Shown here: in pieces, positions 22,222 through 32,607 of the stretch
Position numbering within the stretch: the stretch's first letter is position 1
Layout: the number at the start of each line of letters is the position of its first letter
From: Candidatus Babeliales bacterium
GTDB lineage: Bacteria; Babelota; Babeliae; Babelales; JACPOV01
Assembly: GCA_020054235.1 (NCBI GenBank)
Contig: JAGVLQ010000015.1
Location: forward strand, 1,033-65,032
DNA: 64,000 bases
Direction: 5' to 3'
Notes under the pieces: model-generated
The model's database searches: none
What the model saw: only the letters and a program-made list of their open reading frames with translations
What the model was told of the DNA's origin: nothing
Translations under genes and position numbers: made by a program

Positions 22222-22632
22222 ATGTTAATGCCAAAAAAAACAAAATATCGAAAAGTACAACGAGGTTCACGAAAAGGTCTTTCCAAGGGCGCCCAGACTG
22301 TTTATTTTGGTCAGTATGGATTAGAAGCAGTTGAGCCTGCTTGGATGACATCGCAACAAATTGAGGCGATGCGTGTTACCATTTCTAGAAAATTAAAAAA
22401 GGTTGGAAAATTATTTTTACGAGTTTTTCCAGATAAACCAGTAACAAAAAAACCAGCCGAAACTCGAATGGGTAAAGGTAAAGGAAGTCCTGAAGCGTGG
22501 GTTGCTGTTGTTAAACGGGGCAGAATTATAGTGGAAGTTGATGGTTTAACAGAGGAAGAATCCAAAGAAGCATTGCGTTTAGCTTCGTATAAACTTCCTA
22601 TGAAAACTAAGTTTGTTGCAAGGACACCATGA
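22222..22632 (+). CDS. rplP: 50S ribosomal protein L16
   Basis: [36 protein letters not shown]. Confidence 0.96.
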   Translation: MLMPKKTKYRKVQRGSRKGLSKGAQTVYFGQYGLEAVEPAWMTSQQIEAMRVTISRKLKKVGKLFLRVFPDKPVTKKPAETRMGKGKGSPEAWVAVVKRGRIIVEVDGLTEEESKEALRLASYKLPMKTKFVARTP

Positions 22633-22832
22633 ACGTAAGAAATGATGAATTTAAAAACATAAAGTCGCAAGACCTAAAGCTGAAAATAGAACAACTAAGA
22701 CAAGAGCTATTTACTCTACGTCTTAATGCATCTACTGCACATATTAAAGATTATTCTCAATTTCAGAAATTACGAAAAAATATTGCACGAGCTCTAACTT
22801 TTTATTATCAAAAATTATCAGATAAATCTTAA
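22629..22832 (+). CDS. rpmC: 50S ribosomal protein L29
   Basis: 67 aa, [22 protein letters not shown] overlap with rplP, gene order. Confidence 0.9.
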   Translation: MNVRNDEFKNIKSQDLKLKIEQLRQELFTLRLNASTAHIKDYSQFQKLRKNIARALTFYYQKLSDKS

Positions 22833-22848
22833 TTTAAGGTGATTTGTT

Positions 22849-23103
22849 GTGGAAGAAACAAAGAAAAAAGAAATAAAACTTTTTCGTGGCACAGTTATAT
22901 CTGATGGCATGGATAAAACGGTAACCGTAAAATTTGAAAGAACTTACCAAAATCCTTATACAAAAAAGATTATGCGTTCTTTTAAAAATTATAAAGTCCA
23001 TGATGAGCTTGAACAAGCAAAGGTTGGGGATACGGTAGAATTTTACGAAGGTCGTCCAAAATCTAAGACAAAATATATGTATTTGGACCGCGTAGTAGGT
23101 TAA
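22849..23103 (+). CDS. rpsQ: 30S ribosomal protein S17 (GTG start)
   Basis: RGTVISDGMDKTVTVKFER, KVHDE, gene order. Confidence 0.93.
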   Translation: MEETKKKEIKLFRGTVISDGMDKTVTVKFERTYQNPYTKKIMRSFKNYKVHDELEQAKVGDTVEFYEGRPKSKTKYMYLDRVVG

Positions 23104-23121
23104 TTTTTAGAGGTAAAGAGA

Positions 23122-23484
23122 ATGATTCAAAAGCAGACATACTTAGAAGTTGCTGATAATTCAGGCGCTAAGTTGCTTCAGTGTATTCATATAGTCGGTA
23201 GCACTCATAAAAGGTACGCGCGTCTTGGCGATAGAATAAAGTGTGCTGTAAAAAAGGCTATTCCGGGGGGCATGGTAAAAAAAGGTGAAGTTGTCGATGC
23301 AGTTATTGTACGTACTGCAAAAGAAAATCGTCGTGAAGATGGTAGCTATATTCGTTTTGGCGATAATGCTGCAGTAATCATAAAAGATAATGATATTATG
23401 GCTACCCGTATTTTTGGACCAGTTGCTCGTGAATTACGAAAGAATTTTCCAAAAGTTGTTTCGCTAGCTCCTGAAGTTTTGTAA
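23122..23484 (+). CDS. rplN: 50S ribosomal protein L14
   Basis: [28 protein letters not shown]. Confidence 0.97.
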   Translation: MIQKQTYLEVADNSGAKLLQCIHIVGSTHKRYARLGDRIKCAVKKAIPGGMVKKGEVVDAVIVRTAKENRREDGSYIRFGDNAAVIIKDNDIMATRIFGPVARELRKNFPKVVSLAPEVL

Positions 23485-23498
23485 GAGGTATAGAGTCT

Positions 23499-23810
23499 AT
23501 GGAACGCATAAAAAAAAATGATACCGTTTCTGTAATATTAGGTAAAGATAAAGGAAAAAGCGGTAAAGTAATTGAAATTTTATCTAAAAAAGGTAAAGTA
23601 ATGGTTAAGGGCATTGCTTTTGTAACCAAGCACATGAAAGCACGTAAACAAGGTGAAACATCAAGTATCAAAAAGCTTGAAAGTTACATAGACGTTTCTA
23701 ATGTAATGCCGATTTGTTCCTCTTGTAAAAAGCCAACCCGTATTGGTTCAAAAGTATTAGATTCTGGTAAGCGAATGCGTATTTGTAAGCGCTGTAATGA
23801 AAGTTTTTAA
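23499..23810 (+). CDS. rplX: 50S ribosomal protein L24 (with C-terminal CxxC...CxxC ribbon)
   Basis: IKKNDTVSVILGKDKGKSGKV (KOW). C-terminus ICSSCKKPTRIGSKVLDSGKRMRICKRCNE. Confidence 0.94.
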   Translation: MERIKKNDTVSVILGKDKGKSGKVIEILSKKGKVMVKGIAFVTKHMKARKQGETSSIKKLESYIDVSNVMPICSSCKKPTRIGSKVLDSGKRMRICKRCNESF

Positions 23811-23826
23811 GGGTTAAGGATAATTG

Positions 23827-24378
23827 ATGGCAAAATCACGCTTAGAAGAACAATATAAAAAAGAAATTCGTCCTCAATTAATGAAAGATTTGCGCATTGA
23901 GAATATAATGCGAGTTCCAAAGCTTTCAAAAATAGTTGTAAATGTCGGCGTAAGAGAAGCGGTTGCTGATAGTCGAGTTTTAAATAAAGTTGCTGATGTT
24001 ATTGCTTTGATTACAGGTCAGTTGCCGATAAAAACTGAAGCTAAGAAATCAATTGCTGGTTTTAAAATTCGTGAAGGAATGCCTATCGGCGTTAAGGTTA
24101 CTTTGCGAAGTAATAGAATGTACGAATTTCTTGACCGTTTAATCAATTTGGCTTTACCAAAAGTTAAGGATTTTCAGGGTTTAAAAGATAAACTTGATGG
24201 TTTTGGAAATTATAATCTTGGCTTAAAAGAATGGTCAATCTTTCCTGAAGCAGAAAAAGCAAGTGAAGAATTATCATCTGGTATGAATATAACAATGCAT
24301 ACAACTGCACATAACGATGATGAAGCACGAGCATTATTAAGAAAATTTGGTATGCCGTTTCGGCGATCCAAAAGTTAA
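23827..24378 (+). CDS. rplE: 50S ribosomal protein L5
   Basis: [43 protein letters not shown] 23827 sits one codon after TTG 23824. Confidence 0.96.
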   Translation: MAKSRLEEQYKKEIRPQLMKDLRIENIMRVPKLSKIVVNVGVREAVADSRVLNKVADVIALITGQLPIKTEAKKSIAGFKIREGMPIGVKVTLRSNRMYEFLDRLINLALPKVKDFQGLKDKLDGFGNYNLGLKEWSIFPEAEKASEELSSGMNITMHTTAHNDDEARALLRKFGMPFRRSKS

Positions 24379-24389
24379 TTGAGGTTCAG

Positions 24390-24575
24390 ATGGCAAAAAA
24401 ATGTTTAATAGAAAAAGCAAATAAAACGCCTAAATTTGCAGTAAGACAAAGAAATAGATGTAAAGAATGTGGTAGACCGCGTGGGTATATCCGAATGTTT
24501 ATGTTATGCAGGCTTTGTTTTAGAAAATATGCATTGGATGGTCTATTACCTGGCGTGAAGAAAATTAGTTGGTAA
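24390..24575 (+). CDS. rpsN: 30S ribosomal protein S14, short zinc-binding (type Z) form
   Basis: 61 aa, [22 protein letters not shown], ends ISW. Confidence 0.95.
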   Translation: MAKKCLIEKANKTPKFAVRQRNRCKECGRPRGYIRMFMLCRLCFRKYALDGLLPGVKKISW

Positions 24576-24594
24576 TGACTATAAGGAAAATAGA

Positions 24595-24990
24595 ATGTCA
24601 ATTGATTCAATAGGAAATTATTTAACTATCATACGTAATGGGTTTGTTTTAGGTAAACGAACTGTTGAAGCTCCTTTTTCAAAAATAAATTTTGCACTTG
24701 CTGAAATTTTAAAAGAAGAAGGCTTTATTAAAGATTACAAAGTTATTGAGCAAAATGCGCATATCAAGAGTATTCTCATATCTCTAAAGTATGTTGATGG
24801 CGAATCCGTTATTCATGAGTTGAAACGATTAAGTCGTCCTAGTCGTCGTTACTATGCTGGTTCAAAAAATATTAGACCAGTCAGAGGTAATTTAGGTATT
24901 TCTATTCTTTCTACTAACAAAGGTCTGATGACTGATAAAAAGGCAAAAGAAATTTCGGTTGGTGGAGAGATTATTTGCTCTGTTTGGTAA
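24595..24990 (+). CDS. rpsH: 30S ribosomal protein S8
   Basis: DSIGNYLTIIRNG, ILSTNKGLMTDKKA, ends CSVW. Confidence 0.96.
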   Translation: MSIDSIGNYLTIIRNGFVLGKRTVEAPFSKINFALAEILKEEGFIKDYKVIEQNAHIKSILISLKYVDGESVIHELKRLSRPSRRYYAGSKNIRPVRGNLGISILSTNKGLMTDKKAKEISVGGEIICSVW

Positions 24991-25000
24991 AGGTGCATCG

Positions 25001-25540
25001 ATGTCAAAGATTGGAAGAAAGCCTATTGATTTAGGAAATGTTAAAGCAGAAGTTAAAGGTCAAGAAATACATCTTTCGAGCAAAAGTTTTTCTGATGTCC
25101 ATTTACTTCCGCAGTCTTTAAAGGCGGAATTAGAAGATAATAAGTTAAAGCTTATTTGTGATGATGCAATCCGAGAAAATAAAACTCTTTGGGGATTACA
25201 TCGTGCTTTATTAGCGAATAAAATAAAAGGTTTTGATCAGGGATTCGAGCGAGAATTAAATATTACTGGATTGGGTTTCAAGGGAGTTCTTTCTGGTGAA
25301 AAAATTGTTTTTTCTTTAGGCTTTAGCCATAAAATTGATTTTCCTTTGCCAAAAGGTATAAAAGTTGAAATTGATAAAACTGGCCAGATTATTAAAATAA
25401 AAGGCTCTGAGAAAGAAAAAATTGGTTTAGTAGCAAGTAAAATTCGTTCATTGCGTCCACCAGAGCCATATAAAGCGACTGGTATCAAGTTTGCAGATGA
25501 AACGATTATTCGTAAAGCTGGTAAAACAAAAGCAGCGTAA
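25001..25540 (+). CDS. rplF: 50S ribosomal protein L6
   Basis: MSKIGRKPIDL, PEPYKATGIKFADE. ATG 25001 is preferred over ORF-track 24959, which overlaps rpsH. Confidence 0.95.
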   Translation: MSKIGRKPIDLGNVKAEVKGQEIHLSSKSFSDVHLLPQSLKAELEDNKLKLICDDAIRENKTLWGLHRALLANKIKGFDQGFERELNITGLGFKGVLSGEKIVFSLGFSHKIDFPLPKGIKVEIDKTGQIIKIKGSEKEKIGLVASKIRSLRPPEPYKATGIKFADETIIRKAGKTKAA

Positions 25541-25570
25541 TAGAATTTTTTTAAAAATTGAGGAACTTTC

Positions 25571-25927
25571 GTGTCATTACAAAGAAAAATTGCTCAGCGT
25601 GAAAAACGAAGATCGCAGCGCGTGCGTAAAAAACTTAAACATTCTGATTTGCCCCGTGTTTCCGTCTTTAAAAGCGCAAAACATATTTACGGCCAGATTA
25701 TAGATGATTTGAAGAAAACCACTCTTGTAAGTTTTTCAACGTTGCAAATGAAATCTAATGTAGCTGGGGATAAAACCGAAGTTGCACATCAGATTGGTCT
25801 TGAATTGGCAAAGAGAGCCCTAAAGCAGGGTATAAATCAAGTTGCTTTTGATCGTGGCTCTTTTTTATATCATGGTAGAGTTAAGGCCTTTGCTGAAGGT
25901 ATGCGCGAAGGCGGCATAAATATTTAG
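25571..25927 (+). CDS. rplR: 50S ribosomal protein L18 (GTG start)
   Basis: RVSVFKSAKHIYGQIIDD, FDRGSFLYHGRVKAFAEGMREGG. Confidence 0.95.
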   Translation: MSLQRKIAQREKRRSQRVRKKLKHSDLPRVSVFKSAKHIYGQIIDDLKKTTLVSFSTLQMKSNVAGDKTEVAHQIGLELAKRALKQGINQVAFDRGSFLYHGRVKAFAEGMREGGINI

Positions 25928-25959
25928 TCGATACAAGTTTAAAAGTAGGAATTTTAAGA

Positions 25960-26475
25960 ATGGCTGAAGAGCGAAATGAAAAAACATTTGTTGACACGGT
26001 AGTAAGTGTGCGACGAGTGACAAAAGTAACCAAAGGTGGAAAAAGATTTTCTTTTTCAGCTTTTGTAGTTTCGGGTGATCAACAAGGTAACGTAGGAATT
26101 GCGCTTGGGAAAAGTAAAGAAGTTTCTTCTGCGATTGCCAAAGCAACTGCCCGTGCTAGAAAAAATATGATAGCGCTTCCTTTGCGTGGTAAAACTATTC
26201 CTTATAGTGTCATAGGTAAACATGGAGCAAGTAAGGTTATTATGCACTCAGCATATAAGGGCACCGGTGTTATTGCTGGTGGACCTGTACGAGCGATTAT
26301 GAAGGCTGCAGGAATAGAAGATGTCTTGGCCAAATCACTTGGCTCACCGAATAAACAAAATGTAGTGAAGGCTGCGCTAAATGCTCTAGCAAAGCTTCGG
26401 ACTGTAAAAGATTTTGCAAGGCTAAGAGGCAAATCTTCTCGTCAAATTGTGAAGGGATCACATGTTTCAGCTTAG
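25960..26475 (+). CDS. rpsE: 30S ribosomal protein S5
   Basis: VVSVRRVTKVTKGGKRFSFSAFVVSGD, GTGVIAGGPVRAI. Confidence 0.96.
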   Translation: MAEERNEKTFVDTVVSVRRVTKVTKGGKRFSFSAFVVSGDQQGNVGIALGKSKEVSSAIAKATARARKNMIALPLRGKTIPYSVIGKHGASKVIMHSAYKGTGVIAGGPVRAIMKAAGIEDVLAKSLGSPNKQNVVKAALNALAKLRTVKDFARLRGKSSRQIVKGSHVSA

Positions 26476-26929
26476 TACTTTAGTATCTTCAGGAAAAAAA
26501 AGAAAAAGAATTGGTCGCGGAGGTAGTAGAGGTGGTACATCAGGAAAAGGGCATAAAGGTCAAAAAGCTCGTACTGGTCATCATGGAGAGGGATTAGGAT
26601 TTGAGGGTGGTCAAATGCCACTTATCCGCCGATTACCAAAACGAGGATTCAAAAATACTCTTTTTGAAGCTAATTATTCAATTGTAAATCTTGAGCAACT
26701 CGAACAGTTATTTCAGAGTGGACAGGAAGTAACAAAGGAAAGCTTGGAAGAGCGTGGAATTGTTATTGGAAAAAAATCGCATAAGGGCGATAAAGGCTTT
26801 AAGCTAAAGATTTTAGCTAATGGTTTGCTTACAAAAAAACTAATTGTTCATGCTGATGCAGCAAGTCAGGCTGCAATAGAAGCTATAGAAAAAGCTGGTG
26901 GTAAGATTCATTTAACTAAGGAGAGTTAA
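26462..26929 (+). CDS. rplO: 50S ribosomal protein L15
   Basis: KRKRIGRGGSRGGTSGKGHKGQKAR. Overlaps the rpsE end by 14 nt, so no rpmD lies between them. Confidence 0.93.
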   Translation: MFQLSTLVSSGKKRKRIGRGGSRGGTSGKGHKGQKARTGHHGEGLGFEGGQMPLIRRLPKRGFKNTLFEANYSIVNLEQLEQLFQSGQEVTKESLEERGIVIGKKSHKGDKGFKLKILANGLLTKKLIVHADAASQAAIEAIEKAGGKIHLTKES

Positions 26930-26933
26930 GGTA

Positions 26934-28247
26934 GTGGTTTTGCTAAATAACTTTAAAAATATTTTTTTTATTCCTGAGTTGAGAAAAAAAATATTGATAA
27001 CCCTTGGTATTCTCATTATTGATAGGCTTGGAACTTTTATTCCTGTTATTGGTGTAAATGTACCAATGCTTGGTGAGCATATGAAGCGTGCAACAGGAGT
27101 AGGTGGTTTGTTAAGCTATTTGGATGTTTTTTCAGGTGGTGCTTTGAGCAAATCAACTCTTTTTGCATTAGGTATAATGCCATATATTACGGCATCAATC
27201 ATGATGCAGATCTTAGGTATGAGTATTCCTTCGTTGGAGCAATTACTTAAGGAAGGAGAATATGGCAGAAAAATTATAAATCAATATACGCGGTATCTGG
27301 CTCTGGGTCTTAGTGTTATGTATAGCTATGGTTATGCTATATATTTGGAAAGTGCAAATTTAGCATTAACACCGGGTTGGGGTTTCCGTTTTATCTTTGT
27401 CCTTTCACTTACTGTTGGGTCGCTATTTGTGATGTGGCTTGCTGATCAAATTTCACTATTTGGTATAGGCAATGGAAGTTCTATGATTGTTTTTGCAGGT
27501 ATTGTTTCACGTTTTCCTGAGTATATCATTAAGACAAAAGCACTCGTTGACGTAGGTGCTATGGAAACGTGGCAAGCTCTCTTGATGCTTGCTATTTTTA
27601 TAGGAATAACAGCTTGTATCGTTTTTCTTGAAAAAGGTGAGCGTAAAATTCCGGTACAATATGCCCGGCGCGTAGTTGGCCAACGAGTTTATGGGGGTCA
27701 GAGCACCTATATTCCATTTAAGATTAATACAGCTGGTATTATGCCCGTAATTTTTGCATCATCAGTTTTGCAAATGCCTGCTACAATTTCTATCATGCTT
27801 GCAGAACGAGCAGAAATTTTTAGATGGATTTCTGAGCTTCTTCGTCCTGGTGGAGTTGTTTTTAATTGCTTAGAATTTGGCTTAATAGTATTTTTTTCCT
27901 ATTTTTATACCATGTTGGTGTTTAATCCTGAAGAATTGGCAGATAATATTAAAAAGAGCGGTGGATTTATTCCAGGTATTAGACCAGGCAAAAAGACCGC
28001 CGAATTTTTTAATTACATACTTATTCGTATAGGACTTGTGGGTGCTGTTTATTTGGCAGGGTTAGCTTTGTTGCCGAATTTTATGTACGCGCTCTTTAAT
28101 ATGCCATTTTATTTAGGTGGGACTTCTTTATTGATCGTTACGGGAGTTGCCCTTGAAACATCAGCTCAAGTTGAGTCGTATCTTATTGAGCATAGATATG
28201 AAGGTTTCTTAACAACTGGTCGCCTGAAAGGCAGGGTTGCACGGTGA
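26934..28247 (+). CDS. secY: preprotein translocase subunit SecY (GTG start)
   Basis: 437 aa, 10 TM, FALGIMPYITASIMMQIL, GIGNGSSMIVFAGIV. Confidence 0.96.
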   Translation: MVLLNNFKNIFFIPELRKKILITLGILIIDRLGTFIPVIGVNVPMLGEHMKRATGVGGLLSYLDVFSGGALSKSTLFALGIMPYITASIMMQILGMSIPSLEQLLKEGEYGRKIINQYTRYLALGLSVMYSYGYAIYLESANLALTPGWGFRFIFVLSLTVGSLFVMWLADQISLFGIGNGSSMIVFAGIVSRFPEYIIKTKALVDVGAMETWQALLMLAIFIGITACIVFLEKGERKIPVQYARRVVGQRVYGGQSTYIPFKINTAGIMPVIFASSVLQMPATISIMLAERAEIFRWISELLRPGGVVFNCLEFGLIVFFSYFYTMLVFNPEELADNIKKSGGFIPGIRPGKKTAEFFNYILIRIGLVGAVYLAGLALLPNFMYALFNMPFYLGGTSLLIVTGVALETSAQVESYLIEHRYEGFLTTGRLKGRVAR

Positions 28248-28933
28248 CAGAGAAGAGGAACTTGATTATTTTTATGGGTCCCCCTGGTTCAGGTAAAGGA
28301 ACGCTTTCGCAGCTTTGTGTGCAACATTTTGGATGGAAACAGTTATCTACAGGTTTGTTGTGCAGAAAGCATATTACTGAAAAAACGGAAATAGGCCAAC
28401 AAATAGATTTTTCGATAAAATCTGGTAAGCTTGTTTCAGATAGTCTTATTATTGAAATGGTAAAGAATTGGTTAGTTAATCCAGAGCAGAACAAATCCGA
28501 TATTATTCTAGATGGGTTTCCTCGTAATGTTCCTCAGGCAGAGGCTCTTTGTGAGACGCTTGCTCAGATGTTTCCCTTTTTTTCTATAGCCATTTTCAGG
28601 TTATTTATTTCTCATGAAGCGGTTTTGCAACGATTGCTCAATCGTTTTGTTTGTGAAAATAAAGATTGTCAGGCTGTATATTCTGCTACTGAAGTTAATT
28701 TGCAACCAAAAGTTGCTGGTAGATGTAACCTTTGTTTAATGAAATTGATTAAGCGCTCTGATGATCAAATAGACACTATTCGTGATCGGCTTGAAACGTA
28801 TCGGATTCATGAAGATGCTCTTTTAAGTTTTTTTGAAAAACGGGGTTTAAGTATTAGGGAAATTAATGTTGAAAATCAACTGGAAAAAATTTTTCAGCAA
28901 TTCAGGCATTTGATAACTGGATCTGTATTATGA
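28244..28933 (+). CDS. adk: adenylate kinase (Cys4 zinc-lid type)
   Basis: IIFMGPPGSGKGT, ILDGFPRN. Lid has CENKDC ... GRCNLC. Overlaps the secY stop. Confidence 0.93.
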   Translation: MTEKRNLIIFMGPPGSGKGTLSQLCVQHFGWKQLSTGLLCRKHITEKTEIGQQIDFSIKSGKLVSDSLIIEMVKNWLVNPEQNKSDIILDGFPRNVPQAEALCETLAQMFPFFSIAIFRLFISHEAVLQRLLNRFVCENKDCQAVYSATEVNLQPKVAGRCNLCLMKLIKRSDDQIDTIRDRLETYRIHEDALLSFFEKRGLSIREINVENQLEKIFQQFRHLITGSVL

Positions 28934-29706
28934 TTACGATAAAAAATAAATTATCGATTCAAAAAATGCATCATGCAGGCCAAGAACTTGCAGAAGTTCT
29001 TAATGGGATAAAAGAGATTATTGTACCTGGAGTTTCGACCTTAGAACTAGATGCATGGATTGATAAGGAGCTTAAAAAGCGTAGTCTGATCTCTCAGTCT
29101 AAAGGCTATAAAGGCTATAAACATGTAAGCTGCATTTCAGTGAATGATGAAGTAGTACATGGTGTTCCCAATGCTGAAAAAGTCATTAATGAAGGTGATC
29201 TTGTAAAGGTTGATATTTGTGCTGCCTGGAAAGGCTATTGCGCAGATGCAGCTCGTTGCTATGTAGTAGGTAAGCCAGCCATGGAAGTACAAAAACTTAT
29301 TGAAGTTGCTCAAAGTGCTCTTAATAAGGGCATTGAAAAAGCAGTTCCTGGCAATCGACTTTCCGATATTTCTGCTTCGATTCAAGAAGAGATTGAAAAG
29401 CATGGATTTGGTGTAGTTCGCGATTTTGCTGGTCATGGAATTGGTAAATCGATGCATGAGGCTCCAGAAATTTTAAATTATGGTAAAGCAGGACACGGAC
29501 CATTTTTAAGGCCTGGTATGACTTTTGCTATCGAGCCTATGATAACAATGGGGGGTTATCAGGTTTATGTTACGGAAGATGGTTGGACTGTTAAAACTAA
29601 GGATAAAAGTCTTTCAGCTCATGTTGAGGATACAATCGTTATAACAGAACAAGGACCTCAAATATTGACACGAAAAAATTTGCAAAATGGAGCAGAGGTA
29701 CTATGA
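28930..29706 (+). CDS. map: methionine aminopeptidase, type I
   Basis: [58 protein letters not shown]. Confidence 0.95.
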   Translation: MITIKNKLSIQKMHHAGQELAEVLNGIKEIIVPGVSTLELDAWIDKELKKRSLISQSKGYKGYKHVSCISVNDEVVHGVPNAEKVINEGDLVKVDICAAWKGYCADAARCYVVGKPAMEVQKLIEVAQSALNKGIEKAVPGNRLSDISASIQEEIEKHGFGVVRDFAGHGIGKSMHEAPEILNYGKAGHGPFLRPGMTFAIEPMITMGGYQVYVTEDGWTVKTKDKSLSAHVEDTIVITEQGPQILTRKNLQNGAEVL

Positions 29707-29930
29707 GTACAAAAAAAGAAGATGTAATACGCATTGATGGTATTGTCAAAGAAACTTTACCGAATGCTATGTTTAGAGTAGAAATTGAAGGTGGTCATAT
29801 AATATTGGCACATGTATCAGGTAAAATGCGTATGCATTATATAAAAATTTTACCGGGAGATAAAGTTGCACTCGAACTTTCTCCGTATGATTTAACACGC
29901 GGTAGAATAGTATTACGGTATAAAATTTAA
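29703..29930 (+). CDS. infA: translation initiation factor IF-1
   Basis: [45 protein letters not shown]. Confidence 0.96.
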   Translation: MSTKKEDVIRIDGIVKETLPNAMFRVEIEGGHIILAHVSGKMRMHYIKILPGDKVALELSPYDLTRGRIVLRYKI

Positions 29931-29945
29931 GAGCATGAGGATATC

Positions 29946-30062
29946 ATGAAAGTACGAACATCTGTAAAAAAAATTTGTAAGGACTGTCGCGTTGTGCGCC
30001 GAAAACGCGTTGTAAGAATTATTTGTGAAAACAACCCGCGGCATAAACAGCGTCAAGGATAA
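29946..30062 (+). CDS. rpmJ: 50S ribosomal protein L36 (zinc form)
   Basis: Not in the ORF track (38 aa). Hand translation gives [38 protein letters not shown], stop TAA at 30060-30062. Canonical position between infA and rpsM. Confidence 0.93.
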   Translation: MKVRTSVKKICKDCRVVRRKRVVRIICENNPRHKQRQG

Positions 30063-30076
30063 TAAAGAGGATTGGC

Positions 30077-30466
30077 ATGGCACGTATAGAAGGTGTTAAC
30101 TTACCATCTAACAAGCGTATAGAATATGGGCTTACCTATGTTCACGGTATAGGTTTAAAAAGCTCCCAAGATATTTTAACGAAGTTAAAGATTAATTTTG
30201 ATAAAAGAGTAAGAGAACTTTCGGATCAAGAAGTTACTGCAATTCAAAAAGAAATTACCCAAAATTATAAAGTTGAAGGTGAGCTTCGTAAAGAAGTTAC
30301 TAATAATATACGACGATTGCAGGAAATAGGATCGTATCGAGGTCTACGGCATAAAAAAGGGTTGCCTGTGCGCGGACAACGAACTAAAACAAATGCACGT
30401 ACTCGTAAGGGACCTCGTAAAGCTGGTGGTGCAATTTCTCTCAAACGTAAAGTAACGAAGAAATAA
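30077..30466 (+). CDS. rpsM: 30S ribosomal protein S13
   Basis: [49 protein letters not shown]. Confidence 0.97.
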   Translation: MARIEGVNLPSNKRIEYGLTYVHGIGLKSSQDILTKLKINFDKRVRELSDQEVTAIQKEITQNYKVEGELRKEVTNNIRRLQEIGSYRGLRHKKGLPVRGQRTKTNARTRKGPRKAGGAISLKRKVTKK

Positions 30467-30512
30467 TTGCGATGCAATCTTCTCGTTTGAGTAGATAAAG
30501 ATTAAGGAAACA

Positions 30513-30896
30513 ATGGCATACAAAAAGAAAACAAAAAAAGCAAAACGACATATTAATTCAGTTATAGCGCATGTTAAGTCTAGTTTTAACAATACGCTAG
30601 TAAGTATTACAAGCATGGATGGTGACGTATTGTTAACGGGAAGCGCTGGTAAGCTTGGTTTTAAGGGAGCTCGTAAAGGTACCCCTTTTGCAGCAACGCA
30701 AGTTGGATCAACCCTTGCAAAAGATATGCAAACAATGGGCATAAAAGATGTTGAAGTAAATTTGCAAGGACCTGGTTCTGCACGCGACTCTGTTGTACGT
30801 GCATTACAAGGGGCTGGATTCAATATCACTGTTTTACGAGATGTAACGCCATTGCCTCATAATGGGGTCCGACCAGCGAAAAAACGTAGAGTTTAA
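30513..30896 (+). CDS. rpsK: 30S ribosomal protein S11
   Basis: AHVKSSFNNTLVSITSMDGDVL, TPLPHNGVRPAKKRRV. Confidence 0.97.
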   Translation: MAYKKKTKKAKRHINSVIAHVKSSFNNTLVSITSMDGDVLLTGSAGKLGFKGARKGTPFAATQVGSTLAKDMQTMGIKDVEVNLQGPGSARDSVVRALQGAGFNITVLRDVTPLPHNGVRPAKKRRV

Positions 30897-30935
30897 CCAA
30901 GTTACTGATAGTTATGATGATTAAATAAGGGTGCT

Positions 30936-31481
30936 ATGAACAGTCAAGAAAAAGTTAAAAAACAAGAACGTAAGGAAGCCAAACGAAAGAAGCTTTCTGA
31001 ATACGGTAGACAGCTTGATGAAAAGCAAAAAGTAAAAGAAATGTACGGCATGCGAGAGCGTCAATTTAGACGTTTTTTTGGTATTGCTGTTAAAAGTGAA
31101 GAAGCAACTGGTGATAAATTATTAAGTTTGCTTGAACGCCGTTTAGATAATGTAGTCTATCGATTAAAATTAGCATCAACACGCCGCCAAGCCCGCCAAA
31201 TAATTGTGCATGGTCACGTTCTTGTAAATGATAAAAAAGTTTATTCACCGTCGTATCTTGTTAATTTAGATGATGTTATTTCATTAGCACCAAATGTTGC
31301 GGAAAAGAAGACATTTTTAGATCAAGTTGTGGAAAAGCGATTAAAGATTGGTATCAAAGTTCCTGAATGGCTTGAACTAGATAAGAAGGAGCGTAAGGGA
31401 CGGATTATACGTTATCCGGTGCGCGCCGATATTCAAGTGCCAATTGAAGAGTATCTCATAGTAGAGCTCTATTCAAAATAA
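30936..31481 (+). CDS. rpsD: 30S ribosomal protein S4 (short N-terminus, 181 aa)
   Basis: LSEYGRQLDEKQKVKEMYGMRERQFRRFF, LERRLDNVVYRL, ends YLIVELYSK. In-frame TGA at 30918-30920 rules out an upstream extension. Confidence 0.94.
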   Translation: MNSQEKVKKQERKEAKRKKLSEYGRQLDEKQKVKEMYGMRERQFRRFFGIAVKSEEATGDKLLSLLERRLDNVVYRLKLASTRRQARQIIVHGHVLVNDKKVYSPSYLVNLDDVISLAPNVAEKKTFLDQVVEKRLKIGIKVPEWLELDKKERKGRIIRYPVRADIQVPIEEYLIVELYSK

Positions 31482-31539
31482 TGATGTATGTTTTTTATTT
31501 TTTTAAAGAAAAGCTTGAGCAGAACGGGTAGGGAGGACC

Positions 31540-32586
31540 ATGGACAAGAAGGAGTATAAACCTATTACTATACCACGACTTACGTGGGAAAAGAAGGAAT
31601 TGACTGAATCATTTGGTGAGTTGGTTGCACAACCATTAGAACCTGGATTCGGTATAACTTTAGGTAATGCATTACGCCGTGTGTTATTAGCAGCTGTTGA
31701 AGGATGTGCCGTTACAGCTGTTATTGTAAAAAATGTTAATAATGAGTTTACTGCGCTTCCGGGAGTCGAAGAAGATACGATGCATTTATTGCTGAATATT
31801 AAGCAATTAGTGGTTCGTAACAAAGAAGGAATTTCTGGTAAAATGCAGCTCAAAGTTAAAGGACCTGCTGTAGTAAAAGGCAAGGATATTAAGTGTGATA
31901 AACATTTGGAAATTGTAAATCCTGAGCATATTATTGCCCATGTTTCTGAAGGTGGAGAACTTGATATTGAATTTTTTGCTGAAATGGGTCGCGGTTATCA
32001 ATCTGCACCATGGCCTGAGGGTAAACCGCTGCAGGAAGATAATAAAATTTATCTTGATGCGATGTTTTCACCAGTTCGCCAAGTGAGTTTTGATGTTGAT
32101 AAAACGCGCGTTGGTAAGGAAATTGACTTCGATAAATTAAATTTAAAAATTTATACCGATGGCTCTGAAAATCCTCTTGATGTATTGCATTATGCCGTTT
32201 CAGTTTTACGCACGCAACTTGAACATTTTTTAGCGAGTGCAGAAATTCCTTTCAATGATATTTCTGCTATGCCTGAAGAAATCAAAGAAGAAAAACCTAT
32301 CAAAGCGGTTGATCTTGGTTTGAAAGAGGTATCTCCTGATTTTCTTTTTAAACCGATTGATGAATTAGAGCTTTCTGTTCGTGCGCATAATTGCCTTATT
32401 AGTTCTGGTAAAAAGCGTATTATAGATTTAGTAAATCTTTCCGAAGAAGAAGGATTGAAAATCAAGAATTTTGGCAGAAAATCATTGAATGAAGTTAAAG
32501 AAAGTTTGAAGGCATTTGGCCTTACACTTGGTATGAACATCAATGAAGACGATGTTAAAAAGTTAGTAAAGACAATTGAAGAATAA
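31540..32586 (+). CDS. rpoA: DNA-directed RNA polymerase subunit alpha
   Basis: GFGITLGNALRRVLL. C-terminal domain ELELSVRAHNCLISSGKKRIIDLV, IKNFGRKSLNEV. Confidence 0.96.
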   Translation: MDKKEYKPITIPRLTWEKKELTESFGELVAQPLEPGFGITLGNALRRVLLAAVEGCAVTAVIVKNVNNEFTALPGVEEDTMHLLLNIKQLVVRNKEGISGKMQLKVKGPAVVKGKDIKCDKHLEIVNPEHIIAHVSEGGELDIEFFAEMGRGYQSAPWPEGKPLQEDNKIYLDAMFSPVRQVSFDVDKTRVGKEIDFDKLNLKIYTDGSENPLDVLHYAVSVLRTQLEHFLASAEIPFNDISAMPEEIKEEKPIKAVDLGLKEVSPDFLFKPIDELELSVRAHNCLISSGKKRIIDLVNLSEEEGLKIKNFGRKSLNEVKESLKAFGLTLGMNINEDDVKKLVKTIEE

Positions 32587-32607
32587 GCAGATTGCTTAGG
32601 AATAATC

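Noticed and set aside
23499-23810. L24 with a CxxC...CxxC zinc-ribbon-like C-terminus as a possible novelty
   Set aside because: As I recall, the same ribbon (CP.CGKPTR...C.KCG) occurs in Thermus-type L24. It is a known variant, not new.
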